Positions 9,950-20,875 of a stretch of DNA of 64,000 nt are shown in pieces. Position numbers and translations under genes: made by a program. The number at the start of each line of letters is the position of its first letter. The stretch's first letter is position 1. The DNA is taken from contig JAJREF010000005.1 of NCBI GenBank assembly GCA_047459655.1, positions 160,001-224,000 of the forward strand. The letters run 5' to 3'. The notes below the pieces were generated by a model. The model made no database searches. It had not been told where the DNA came from and worked only from the letters and a program-made list of their open reading frames with translations. This DNA is from Rhabdochlamydiaceae bacterium. GTDB taxonomy: Bacteria; Chlamydiota; Chlamydiia; Chlamydiales; Rhabdochlamydiaceae.

Positions 9950-10512
9950 ATGGTTCAGGTAGCTGAAGAGTTTGGCCGATGAGGATTTTATCGCCTTCAA
10001 GACGATTGATTGTTTTTAAGGTTTCAACAGAGGTTCCATGGGCTTTAGCAATTTTTGTAAGAGAGTCACCATTCTTTACTTGATAATAGGATGTTTTTTT
10101 TGATTCGATGTAGTGCGAAACGGAGACAAGGGCGCTTTTTACCTGATCTATATCTGCTATTTTTCGATCAAGAGCTTGAATATGATCTCCATATGAGGCG
10201 CTACGCTTTAGATCGGTTGATACTTTGTCTTGTGTTTTTTCAAGGAGTGTATTTTTTTCCTAAAACAGTCAGCTCTTCTTCTAAGTAATCAGTTTTAGAA
10301 GCGGTTTGATTTTCTAATTTTTCTTCTAAGAGGTGTAACTCTATTTCTGTTGCATGGATAGAGTGTTTGAGATCGGCAATTTCTGTTCGTATCTCTTCTA
10401 AGAGGGCTCCATTATCTTTAAATCTTTGGAGCGCGGCAAAGGGGGAGACGCATCCCCCCATTATTGCTAATGCTCCAATAAAAAAAACTGTTTTCAAAGT
10501 TAAGGTTGGCAT
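9933..10512 (-). CDS. LysM-domain lipoprotein with coiled coil, frameshifted
   Basis: lipoprotein-like N-terminus (IMGGC); downstream frames give VKNGDSLTKIAKAHGTSVETLK..ILIGQTLQLP (LysM); follows pal as in other chlamydiae. Confidence 0.8.
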
Positions 10513-10514
10513 AT

Positions 10515-11179
10515 TTATTTTTTATATATACGGAAGTGCCCGCGTCTATTTTGCGACCAAGCATCGGGATCATGCCCCTCTTTGAAAGGCATTTCCTTTC
10601 CGCACGATATCGTGTGTACTTGGCGTGCGTCGACACCTTCTTTGACTAAAAGTGAACGGACATAGTTAGCTCTTTTTGCACCGAGTGCCATGTTGTAAGC
10701 TCCAGGGCCTCTTTCATCGCAGTGGCCTTCAACGATGATAGCAACACCAGGGTGAGCTTTTAAATAAGAGATCATCCGATGAATGGTTTCTAGGTGTTCT
10801 TTATTCTTTAAGACATATTCATCTGTGTTAAAGAAGACGGGTTTAAAAATAGAGGCAAGCTCTCCTTGAGGATCTGAGAATTCATTGGCTCCAGGGACTC
10901 CATCTTCACCGAGAGAGGAAATGGGAGTTGCATCGTTTTTGAATTGATTTTTTAGATCATCTTCATTCAATGGGATGAATTCCTCAGAAGAAAGCATCAA
11001 CGCATGATCTTCTGAAGCATCTTCCCCGCTTTCCCATAGAGAAGAGCTGTTTTTTTGGACTGTTGATAAGTTCCATTTGGTTGATCATCCCATGTGTTGG
11101 GGGATCTATGTTGACATCCGGCCATCCACAATATTGCTGGGCCGAGCAAAAAAATCTTCAAAAGTTGCGTTTTTTTCAT
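10515..11179 (-). CDS. pal: peptidoglycan-associated lipoprotein (OmpA domain), frameshift near 11000
   Basis: MAGC lipobox; VEGHCDERG..YNMALGAKRA..NRR motif. Confidence 0.93.
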
Positions 11180-11212
11180 AATTTATCCTTAGCGGTAGTT
11201 ATAACTACTTCC

Positions 11213-12589
11213 TTAATGATTTCCCCATGTCGGGTAGTGTTTCACACCAGGGCCTTGGGAAATCTTTATAGCTTCTGGTTGATTTAAATTCACAATATAT
11301 AAATCTGAAGATACAGCATCTGTGGCATCAAACACAATATGATTACTATCAGATGCCCAAGAAGGATTTTCTTTGATCCCCGGCCCTTCTGTCAGCTGCT
11401 TTTCTTCTTTTGTTTCGAAATCATAAATCCAAATTTGGCGTACACCATTTGTTTTAGCGCTATAGGCTAATTTTTTTCCATCAGGAGACCAAGCTGGGCA
11501 AGAATTTTCCTGATTTTCTTTGGAAATCAAAATGGGAGTGGCTCGCTTGCCTTGGAATCTAGCTGGGATAATGTAGATCCGAGGAGATCCATCTTTGTCA
11601 GATACAAAGGCAACTCTTAGACCCGTCAGGACTAAATGTGGGAGAAGCTTGGGTAGCTTTTGGAAAAGAGAATAACTGGACGGGTTTTCCCACTTCTCCT
11701 GTTTCAGGATGAAACTCTTGAAGGAACAGGTCGATATTTCCTCCTGCATCTGAAATAAATGCAATTTTATCTCTTTTTGGGGAAATAGCTGGGAGCATTT
11801 GATGTCCTTTCAGATCGATCAATCGTTTTCCTGCTCCATCTTTCAAAGAAGCAAGGAAAATCTTGGGTTGTCCAGATTTGTAAGATACATATAGAAAGCG
11901 GTCGTTGGCAAATTTTGTATGAGGAGGAATAAAGACAGGTGTTACGCAATAACTGCCCTCTTTTGTGATCTGTTTTGGGTTAGCGCCATCCCAATCACAC
12001 GACCAAATTTCAGAGACCCAATCTCTTTTATGGGAGGGCTTTTGTTTAACAGAGTAAAGGATGCGTGTGCTTGCAATCCCATCTGTTCCAAACAGCGCTT
12101 TGTGGACAGCATCTGCTGCAACGTGGATTTGGTGGCGATCTTTTCCGATAATACCTGTTAAGGGAATGTCTGTAAATTGTTTAAGAGATCCTGTTTCTGA
12201 GGAGAAAACAGTGAGGGATAGCATCTTGTTCTCAATTTTAGCTTGTACAACGTGGGCTGCTCCAAAATTTCTCCATACCATGGGATTAAAAGCTGCGCTT
12301 AAATTTTTGTGTGCAAGCACTGCTTCTTTTTCTGCAGAGAGGGCATGATTTTTGTAGACCCATTATAATTAAAATCATAGGCGAGGATGTCTTCCAGAAG
12401 ACTTACATATTTAGCATCAACCCCTTCACCAGACTTTACTACTTTACCAAAATAGAGAGGCTCTAGAGAATTTGTAGTGGGAAGGTAGACGCGGATTTCC
12501 TGGGCATCTTTAGGTGGTTCATCCGATGCGCAGACAGATAACGTAGATATAAGGCTTAGGGAAAATATTATTTTATGTAAAAATCGCAT
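11213..12589 (-). CDS. tolB: Tol-Pal beta-propeller protein, two frameshifts
   Basis: PD40-type repeats (PAWSPDGKKLAY, PTFSPDG); tol-pal context. Confidence 0.92.
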
Positions 12590-12598
12590 AATTTTAAC

Positions 12599-13315
12599 TC
12601 AGTTTTTAGGTTCATTACAAAACGTTACTACAAAAACTTTCTCCTTAACTTGCAAACTTTGCAGATCGGGAAAATGTAAAAGCGGCAACTGTTTTTCTAG
12701 ATATATCCTATTTTTAACACTTTCCGCTTTTAAAACAACTATCTTTGCTAAAGTTCCATCCTCTTGTATAGAAAGCTGTATTTTTACCTCTCCTTGCTCA
12801 GGGAGATGCAAAGCCTCATGCAGGTAAGAGAGGAGTGCATCTTGATATCTCTCTTCAGGGGTGGCAATAAAAATAGCTGCCGTATCTTGTAAACTACTGC
12901 GTGTTTCTTGTAAAGGAGCAGGCGGACTTATTTTCTCCTGATCCTTTTCAATCTTAGCGACGAGTTCTTCTAGCTCTTGCACGATTTGCTTTTGGAGGTC
13001 AGCTGGTGGGGTTTCTTTTTTTGGAGGGGTAGCTGGTTGTTTAGGAGTTGGCTTACGGGTTACAGGGGCGGCTTTAGGCTCTATTTTTTTTGCGGGAGAT
13101 TTTTTCTTAACAGCTGGTTTTTTTGTAGGAGGGTTGGAAGGTGTTTGCGTTATTTTCTTTGGCTGAGCAATAGAGCGAGATGGTTGTTTAAAGGTATGTG
13201 TTTGGACAATGAATTTTTGTGGAGGGACTTTAGATGCTTTCACGGGGGAGAATAAGAGGAAAAAAATCCCCGCCAAATGGATCCAGATCACAGTGAGCGA
13301 GATTTTCTTTAACAT
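12599..13315 (-). CDS. TolA/TonB-like energy transducer
   Basis: N-terminal TM with His, Pro/Lys-rich linker, C-terminal LPEQGEVKIQL domain; lies between tolR and tolB. Confidence 0.7.
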   Translation of the reverse strand: MLKKISLTVIWIHLAGIFFLLFSPVKASKVPPQKFIVQTHTFKQPSRSIAQPKKITQTPSNPPTKKPAVKKKSPAKKIEPKAAPVTRKPTPKQPATPPKKETPPADLQKQIVQELEELVAKIEKDQEKISPPAPLQETRSSLQDTAAIFIATPEERYQDALLSYLHEALHLPEQGEVKIQLSIQEDGTLAKIVVLKAESVKNRIYLEKQLPLLHFPDLQSLQVKEKVFVVTFCNEPKN

Positions 13316-13322
13316 GAGATGA

Positions 13323-13744
13323 TCAACTTGGTTTTAAAATCACATCCATTTGCTCAAAGCCTGACATTTCAACAGCGTTCTTAACTGTTTGATAAGTCCC
13401 AAACACTGCGTTTTTGTCGTGGAATACCTGGGGCGTGCGTCCTGGGGTTTTTTTATGGATTTCTTTGAGCAGAGAAATCAATTCTGAGGCGTTCACTTTT
13501 TTCCGTTTAGCCAAATCGTATTGTTCGCGTGCACGTGGATCACAATTTCCCCTTTTTCTGGACTCAAAGTTACCGTTTTTTCTGGACCTGAAGGAGCGCT
13601 TGCAAGCGTCACTCTATCTAGTTCTAACATTGGCGCAATGATGATAAAAATGATGAGCACGACCATCACAATATCGATCAAAGGAGTAAGATTGATACCC
13701 GCATCTTCTATTTCTATATCTCTTTGAGAAGCTCTTTTACGCAT
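13323..13744 (-). CDS. tolR: TolR/ExbD, frameshift near 13500
   Basis: INLTPLIDIVMVVLIIF motif. Confidence 0.9.
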
Positions 13745-13758
13745 TTGAACCTATCCCT

Positions 13759-14505
13759 CTATTCAACCTTTCGAAACTGAATGTCGATGGTAGAGATTAG
13801 ATTAGAGAGAAAACCATCCATGTCAGAGGCGTAGCTTTTGACGGTGTTTTTGAGGTAGTTGTAAGAGACAAGCGCAGGTATGGCAATGATGAGTCCTAGT
13901 ACGGTGGTTGCAAGAGCGGTTGACAGTCCTCCTAAAATAGCAGAATTTGATCCAACAGCTCCTCCCGAACTAAATCCAGAAAAACTTTCTAAAATCCCCC
14001 ACACAGTTCCCAGCAATCCCATAAAAGGGGCCAAAGCTGCAATAGTTGATAAAACAAATATGTTGCTCTCAAGGCGTTTGTGCTCTTCTGCAATGGTTGC
14101 AGAAGCGTGGTACTCTAATAATTCCAGGTCACTTGCTGTTAGGTAAACAGAGGCTTTCTCTTTACTCCCTTCCGATGAGAAGAAGTGATTTTTATTGAGC
14201 ACATCGATTGTCTTTTGTTTTAAAGATTGGGAGATAGATAAAAAAGGATGGGGAATGTGAGGGTGTTTAGGTGAAGGGAAATGAGTTAAGTCTGTATCTA
14301 AAAAAGAGCGGCCCTGTTTTGTAAGCGATTGTTTAAAAGCGGAAGAAATTTCTTTTACTTTTTGTAGTACCCATATCTTGTAGATCAACACAATCCAACA
14401 GATAACAGACAGAACTATTAGGCCGATAATGATTAATTTTCCAAAAAGATCTGACTGCCCATAAGCAGAAAAAAAAGCTGTCAAACTAGCTAGTGGTGCT
14501 AACAT
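13759..14505 (-). CDS. tolQ: TolQ/ExbB/MotA proton channel
   Basis: APFMGLLGTVWGI and GLSTALATTVLGLIIAIPA motifs. Confidence 0.92.
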   Translation of the reverse strand: MLAPLASLTAFFSAYGQSDLFGKLIIIGLIVLSVICWIVLIYKIWVLQKVKEISSAFKQSLTKQGRSFLDTDLTHFPSPKHPHIPHPFLSISQSLKQKTIDVLNKNHFFSSEGSKEKASVYLTASDLELLEYHASATIAEEHKRLESNIFVLSTIAALAPFMGLLGTVWGILESFSGFSSGGAVGSNSAILGGLSTALATTVLGLIIAIPALVSYNYLKNTVKSYASDMDGFLSNLISTIDIQFRKVE

Positions 14506-14661
14506 ATCATCCTCTTGTGTGATTTGTTCTAGAATAGCGAAATATTAGGGCTTGCGCAAGAGAATTGCTTCAAAAACTTTTCTAAAAATAACTTGCAACA
14601 AAAATTGTATACACGCTAGATTCTCTCAATCATTCGGTAAGATTTTTTTGCGGAGGCAATC

Positions 14662-16659
14662 ATGTTTCAGCTTCCTAAGTTCTTCACTAACTTTATTCTC
14701 TTATTTACCCTCTTCACCGTTATTGTTTATCCTCAAGGGCATGTTCCCCTTCAACACTCTGAAATAACTCTAAGAATATTACCTGAGTTCTCTGAGATGA
14801 CTTACGATGATGTCATGAATCTGCTAGATGACTTCGAAACCGGTGCTATCGAATACAAATATAGCCGAGAAGATATCGAGAAGGCTATAGATCTAGTCAT
14901 CATGCTTGCAAGGACAGGTCTTTTACCCGACGAAGATCCTGAAGAGTTAGAAAGAGATATCCAAGAGCTCTTATACGGGGAAGGTGATTTTTCTGAGTGT
15001 TCTTTTAAGGAGGGTTGTTCCACTTTTCCTGCTCTTTTTTATGGGAAAGGAGATACTGTTTTATGTAAAAATTGGTTTGTTAAATCCTGCCAAAAGACAG
15101 GAAAATTCATTAAAAAGAAAAGAAAGGCCATCATCATTGGAGCAGCTGTTGCTGTAGCCGTTATAACCGTAGTTGGAATTGCAGCTGCTGCAACAGCAGG
15201 AGCTGCGGCAGTGGGAGCTGCCGCAGATAACTCCACCTCATCAAAATCAAGCACTTCAACTTCTTCTCCAACTGCTTCTAATCCAACCTCTACTCTATAT
15301 ACTCAGATAGAAGTCCCAACCATATCTTTCAAAGAAAACATAGCTAGCGAGCATTTTTTTCAACCCTCTTTTTACAAAGAAACTTCTCAAGAAAAGGGAA
15401 GAGTTTTAGGGTCCCTTTTTGCCCATGACACTCTTAATCAATTTAGTGATCGATTTGCTGTGCACCCCAACTTTGCTACCAATGAACATGATAAAATCGA
15501 CCATAAATTTACAACAGACTATACGCAGTTGTATTCAAACTCTAAGAAAGAGCCTGATTTCAATACCCTTGCCTATCAGCTTCAAGGAGAAAGAGAGCTA
15601 TCTTCTGGTCACCTAAACCAAGCCATCTATGACTTCAGCCAAGCCATTGAACGCAATCCCACAAGCCCCCTTCCCTATCTTGAAAGAGGCGTTGCACATT
15701 TTGGGCTGGGGCAATACGACCGCTCCTTAGAAGATTATCATCAGTTTGCAGCTCAAGTAGAAAAAACAGAACCACTATCAATCCCCTCCTTCAGCTTAGG
15801 CTTTGCAAAAGGTCTTCCAAGCGGCATCTGTGAATCGGGAAAAGGTTTGGCCTTGTTTGTCTCTGATGTCGCTCTACACCCCGTTCGCACAGGAGGTCAA
15901 GTTTGGGAGTCGCTTAAACTTTTAGCAGACCTTACAAAATCTCAGGAGTGGAGCACTTTAAGCGAGGTGTTAGCCCCAGAAGTTCATCAACTTGTCAAAG
16001 AATGGGATACGCTTGACTCTGAAGTAAGAGGGCAACTCGCAGGACATGCCTTTGGCAAATACGGAGCTGACATCCTCATACCAGGAGCCCTAGCAAAAGC
16101 TGTTGCCAAAGGAGCAAAGGGAGCCCAAGAGCTAAGCGCTGTCTACAAAACACTCCAAAATGCTGAAAAAGCGCTCCTTCTTGAGTCTGCAGCTGAGTTA
16201 GGCAGTAGCGCCAAGATCGGAGAAGCGTTAACTACCACGTATAATACGGCTCTTCTTGGAGAGGAGTTAGGGTTTAGTGTTAAAGAAATGAACCAGCTTA
16301 AGCAAGCGGGAAAGCTGGAAGGAGCTATCAATAGTAGCTTAGAGAAATTAGTCTCTCAATCGGAAAGTGAGGTTTACAAGGCTACAATCAATCAAAATAA
16401 ACATGTAAAGATGGTAAGAGACTATCTTGATAAGCCAGCTAAAGAGATTCAAAAGGGTATTAATAGCTACGAAAAACAAATTGCTATTCACAAAGATAAA
16501 ATTGTGAATCCAGCAAAATATTGCCCAGATTGGGATAAATTAGATCCAAGGCAGCGTGAAGCTTTACTTAATAAAAAATGGCCAGCAGAAATTCAGGTAT
16601 AAGAAGAACAAAGGGGCGTTCTTCAATCTATTCTAAATGAAAGGCTTTCTCATGAATAA
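14662..16659 (+). CDS. secreted TPR-containing protein with a putative C-terminal polymorphic toxin domain; in-frame TAA at 16600-16602 lies 18 codons before the natural-looking end
   Basis: signal peptide, hydrophobic helix, Ser/Thr linker, two TPRs, Gly/Ala-rich pre-toxin-like segment, distinct basic C-terminal domain; overlaps the next gene by ATGAATAA. Confidence 0.7.
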
Positions 16660-17186
16660 AGGGAAATTTAAAGGGTATATTGTTGATACAATAATTTTGT
16701 TAAAAGAGTTAGCTAGAAAAGCAAAAGTAGAGGCCGATAATCCAAAAAAAGGTCTTAAGAATTATGCACAAGGTGTAATAATGGGGTATTATTCAATTAT
16801 TACTCTGTTAAAGCATGAAGCATTTGCCTTTTGTATTGATCAGAAAAGAGTTAGGGTTGGCAGATATAAAACCTGATGTAGATTTGCTCAGCCTTGGTCG
16901 AAATCTTGATGTAGATAATGAGGAAGATAATTGGGCGGTCGATGTTATGCACGAGGAAAAAATCAAAGGCTATCTTATTGATTCAATAACCTTGCTGAAA
17001 GAGCAGGCGATAGAAGCAAAAAAAGAAGCAGATAATCCGAAAGAGGGTTTTGAGGATTACAACAAGGGGGAATTAATGGTTTATTGTTCGTTATTCTCTC
17101 TTTTAAAGAAACAAGCTTCTGTGTTTAACATCGATGAAAAAGAGCTCGGATTAGTTGATATAAAGCCTGAACAAGATCTAATCTAA
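16652..17186 (+). CDS. putative immunity protein made of two tandem 75-aa repeats, frameshift near 16847
   Basis: repeats are 43/75 identical by hand alignment; start overlaps the read-through stop of the upstream gene. Confidence 0.65.
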
Positions 17187-17214
17187 TGCACATTTTAGAT
17201 GGAAAAGTTGACTG

Positions 17215-17988
17215 ATGTATATCGATTCTCATGCACATTTGGCCGATGATTCGGTGATAGAAAATGTTGAGGGTATATTGCAAAGAGCCCAAGAAAAAGG
17301 GGTTGGGAAGATTGTTAACGTTTGTACAGGGCCTATCTCTTTGGAGAGGGGCCTTGTATTGGCAAAAAAGTTTCCCTTTGTTTATAACACGGCGGCTACA
17401 ACGCCGCACGATGTGGAAAAAGAAGGGGAAATATTTTTCCCTATGGTTGAAAAGGCAGCCCAAGAAAAGAAATTAGTTGCCATCGGAGAGACGGGGCTTG
17501 ACTATCATTATAAGCATTCTGACCCTCTCGTGCAGAAAAAGTTTTTATCAAAATATTTTGAGTTAGCCAAAAAAATGAACTTGCCGGTGATTTTTCACTG
17601 TAGAGAGGCTTTTGCTGATCTGTTTGAGATGGCAGATCTCCAATATAAAGCCCATCCAGCGGTATTGCATTGTTTTACTGGGACCTTAGAGGAAGCAAGG
17701 CAGTGTCTGGATAGAGGATGGTATATTTCCTTTTCGGGAATCGTCTCTTTTAAAAAATCTGAGCAATTAAGGGAAGTAGCAGCCTATGTCCCCCTAGAAA
17801 GAATGTTCATTGAAACAGACACACCTTATTTGGCGCCGCAAGCTTACCGTGGAAAAATGAATGAGCCCAGTTATATTGGAGAGACGGCCAAAGTTTTGGC
17901 TACAGTCAAAAATATTTCCCTTGAGGAACTTGCGCGGCAAACTTTATTGAATGCTTCTCAATTTTTTTCTTTTCCAAAAGTTCTCTAA
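17215..17988 (+). CDS. tatD: TatD family DNase
   Basis: IDSHAH, IGETGLDY, FHCRE, LHCF and ETDTPYLAP motifs. Confidence 0.95.
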   Translation: MYIDSHAHLADDSVIENVEGILQRAQEKGVGKIVNVCTGPISLERGLVLAKKFPFVYNTAATTPHDVEKEGEIFFPMVEKAAQEKKLVAIGETGLDYHYKHSDPLVQKKFLSKYFELAKKMNLPVIFHCREAFADLFEMADLQYKAHPAVLHCFTGTLEEARQCLDRGWYISFSGIVSFKKSEQLREVAAYVPLERMFIETDTPYLAPQAYRGKMNEPSYIGETAKVLATVKNISLEELARQTLLNASQFFSFPKVL

Positions 17989-18013
17989 AGATGTTTAATA
18001 TGCTGAAGTAAAC

Positions 18014-18988
18014 ATGATAAAGGCAACTCTCCCTAGTGTATTTGTATGGAAAAGACTTCAGTCTCTGATGGGGCTTTGGCTTGTTCTTTTTCTCATGGAG
18101 CATCTATTTGTTAACTCTCAGGCGGCGCTTCTTTTGGGAGAAAGTGGAAGGGGGTTTGTTGAGTCGGTAAATGCAATTCACAATTTACCTTACCTGCCTG
18201 TCATCGAATGCGTTCTCTTAGGGGTCCCGATCTTGATTCATATGGTGTGGGGCGTAAGGCTGTTATTTACAGCTAAGTCGAATTCGGTTTCGAGTGATGG
18301 TAGCAAACCACAACTTTCCGAATACAAAAGAAATAAAGCATATTCATGGCAAAGAATTACTTCGTGGATTCTTTTATTTGGACTCATGGGACATATCTTC
18401 ATGTTCAGATTTTTGAATTACCCTTGGTCTGCTTCTGAGGGATCTACTTCTTCGTATTTTGTAAAAATTAAAATGGATAAAGGGCTCTACACTTTGGCAG
18501 ATCGGCTGGGGTTTACTCTCTACGACAAGAACAGCATCTTAATAGAAAAGCAAGAGCTTGCAAATAGGCAAGAGGAAGCGGCAAAAGCTACTCCAGAGAC
18601 GCATGTATTTGATCCTGCTGAGCAAGTTGTTTCGGTGGCTGCACAGAAATATCGACAAAAAATAGCATGGGTTCAAGCTCTTGATAAGAAGCCTTTACAA
18701 GAGGGAGAAGTTATTGCTGTAGCGAGTAATTTTGGAACCGCCTCTCTTTTGACTGTGAGGGATACATTCAAAGTTCCTCTGTATGCATGCTTATACACTA
18801 TTTTTGTTCTTGCAGCTTGCTTTCATGGATTTAACGGATTGTGGACTTTTTTGATAACATGGGGCTTTGTTATTAAAGTAGCATCACAAAAAAGAGCGGC
18901 TTTTGTAGCTGTAGGATTGATGTTAATGGTTACTTTCCTTGGGCTTGCCTCTATTTGGGGTACTTACTGGTTAAATCTAAGATCATGA
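18014..18988 (+). CDS. sdhC: succinate dehydrogenase cytochrome b subunit
   Basis: His-containing TM helices, WQRITS and FHGFNGLWTF motifs; precedes sdhA. Confidence 0.9.
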   Translation: MIKATLPSVFVWKRLQSLMGLWLVLFLMEHLFVNSQAALLLGESGRGFVESVNAIHNLPYLPVIECVLLGVPILIHMVWGVRLLFTAKSNSVSSDGSKPQLSEYKRNKAYSWQRITSWILLFGLMGHIFMFRFLNYPWSASEGSTSSYFVKIKMDKGLYTLADRLGFTLYDKNSILIEKQELANRQEEAAKATPETHVFDPAEQVVSVAAQKYRQKIAWVQALDKKPLQEGEVIAVASNFGTASLLTVRDTFKVPLYACLYTIFVLAACFHGFNGLWTFLITWGFVIKVASQKRAAFVAVGLMLMVTFLGLASIWGTYWLNLRS

Positions 18989-20875
18989 AAAAAACAACTA
19001 AAGAAGTGATTGTAGTGGGTGGTGGTCTTGCGGGTCTTTCTGCAGCTATGAAGCTAGCAGAAGCTGGGTGCAGAGTCAAGATTGTCTCTGTTACAAAAGT
19101 GAAGCGCTCCCATTCTGTTTGCGCGCAAGGTGGGATCAATGCAGCAATTAACTTAAAGGGGGAGGATGATTCTCCCTACATCCATGCTTATGACACTATC
19201 AAAGGGGGAGACTTTCTAGCGGATCAGCCTCCTATCCTGGAGATGTGTTTGGCAGCTCCGGGGATTATTCGTTTAATGGACAGGTTGGGTTGCCCCTTCA
19301 ATAGAACACTCGAAGGGAATCTAGATTTTCGACGCTTTGGAGGAACGCTCTACAATAGGACAGCGTTTTGTGGGACATCTACGGGGCAGCAGCTATTGTA
19401 TGCTTTAGATGAGCAGGTCCGTCGATTTGAAAGCAAAGGAGTGGTTGAAAAATTTGAAAGCCATGAATTTTTGCGTCTTGTCATCGATGAAGAAGGGCGG
19501 GCAAGAGGGATCGTGATCATGGATCTGATCAATTTAAAATTAGATGTTTTGAAAGCGGATGCTGTCATTTTTGGGACGGGTGGTCCGGGGCTTATTTTTA
19601 AAAAATCTACAAACTCCACTTTTTGTACGGGTGCTGCCAATGGTCGTCTCTTTGTTCAGGGGATGTGGTATGCGAATGGGGAGTTCTATTCAAATCCACC
19701 CAACAGCGATACCGGGGGAGGATAAGCTCCGCTTGATTTCAGAGTCGGCAAGGGCAGAGGGAGGAAGGGTTTGGGTTTATGGAGATTCTTCTAAATCTAT
19801 CGAAACAGCCAATAAAAAGACCATTCCTTGTGGAAAGACGGGAGAGCCGTGGTATTTCTTAGAAGAGCTCTACCCTGCTTTTGGAAATCTAGCCCCTCGC
19901 GATATCGCCGCAAGAGAGATGTTAAAGGTTTGCGAGCTGGGGCTCGGCATAGATGGTAAGATGCAGGTTTATTTAGATTTAACACATCTTTCTAAAGCCA
20001 CATTCCACAAAATGGAGTCGATTTTAGATATCTATAAGAAATTTACGGGTGAGGATCCTAGAAAAGTACCGATGAAGGTATTTCCTGCTGTGCATTATTC
20101 TATGGGAGGTGCTTGGGTAGATTGGCCGGCTGCAGATGATCCAGATCGAGCAACAAGATTTAGGCAAATGACCAATATTCCTGGCTGTTTTAACATTGGA
20201 GAATCTGATTTCCAGTACCATGGAGCTAATCGTTTAGGAGCTAATTCTCTTTTATCCTGTATCTTTTCTGGCCTTGTAGCGGGTGTGGAAGTGCCGAAGT
20301 ATTTGGAAAGCTTAGAGGTCAGCTATGATGCCCTACCTACATCGATTTATCTAGAAGCTCTTACTCAAGAAGAAACCTTGAAAAAGGACCTCCTGGGTCG
20401 TAATGGTCCAGAAAATGTTCATCAGTTACATGATGAGCTTGCAGACATCATGGTGCGTAACATGACGGTGAAAAGAAATAATGCTGACTTGAAAAAAACT
20501 ATTTCTCAAATAAAAGAATTAAGGGAGCGTTATGGCAATATTTCTTTAAGTGACCGTGGGGCTTTAATGAATCAAACATATGCGTTTGCCAATCAATTCG
20601 GCTTCATGTTAGAACTGGCTTTAGCGATGACAGTGAGTGCGCTCATGCGCGATGAATCAAGAGGTGCACATTTTAAAGCAGATTTTCCAGAGAGAAATGA
20701 TGAAAGTTGGCTTAAGACAACCATTGCGTCCTATGAAAGAGAGGGTCCAAAGATTTTTTATCGCCCTGTTGATACAAGGCACTACCCAAATCTTGAAAAA
20801 AGGGATTATGCGCATGCAAAGAAAAAAAAACCTACATTAGAAAAGATACCACCTAACATACAACTCCCCTTATGA
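18985..20875 (+). CDS. sdhA: succinate dehydrogenase flavoprotein, frameshift near 19690
   Basis: VVGGGLAGL, RSHSVCAQGGIN, HGANRLGANSL and ESRGAH motifs. Confidence 0.96.
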
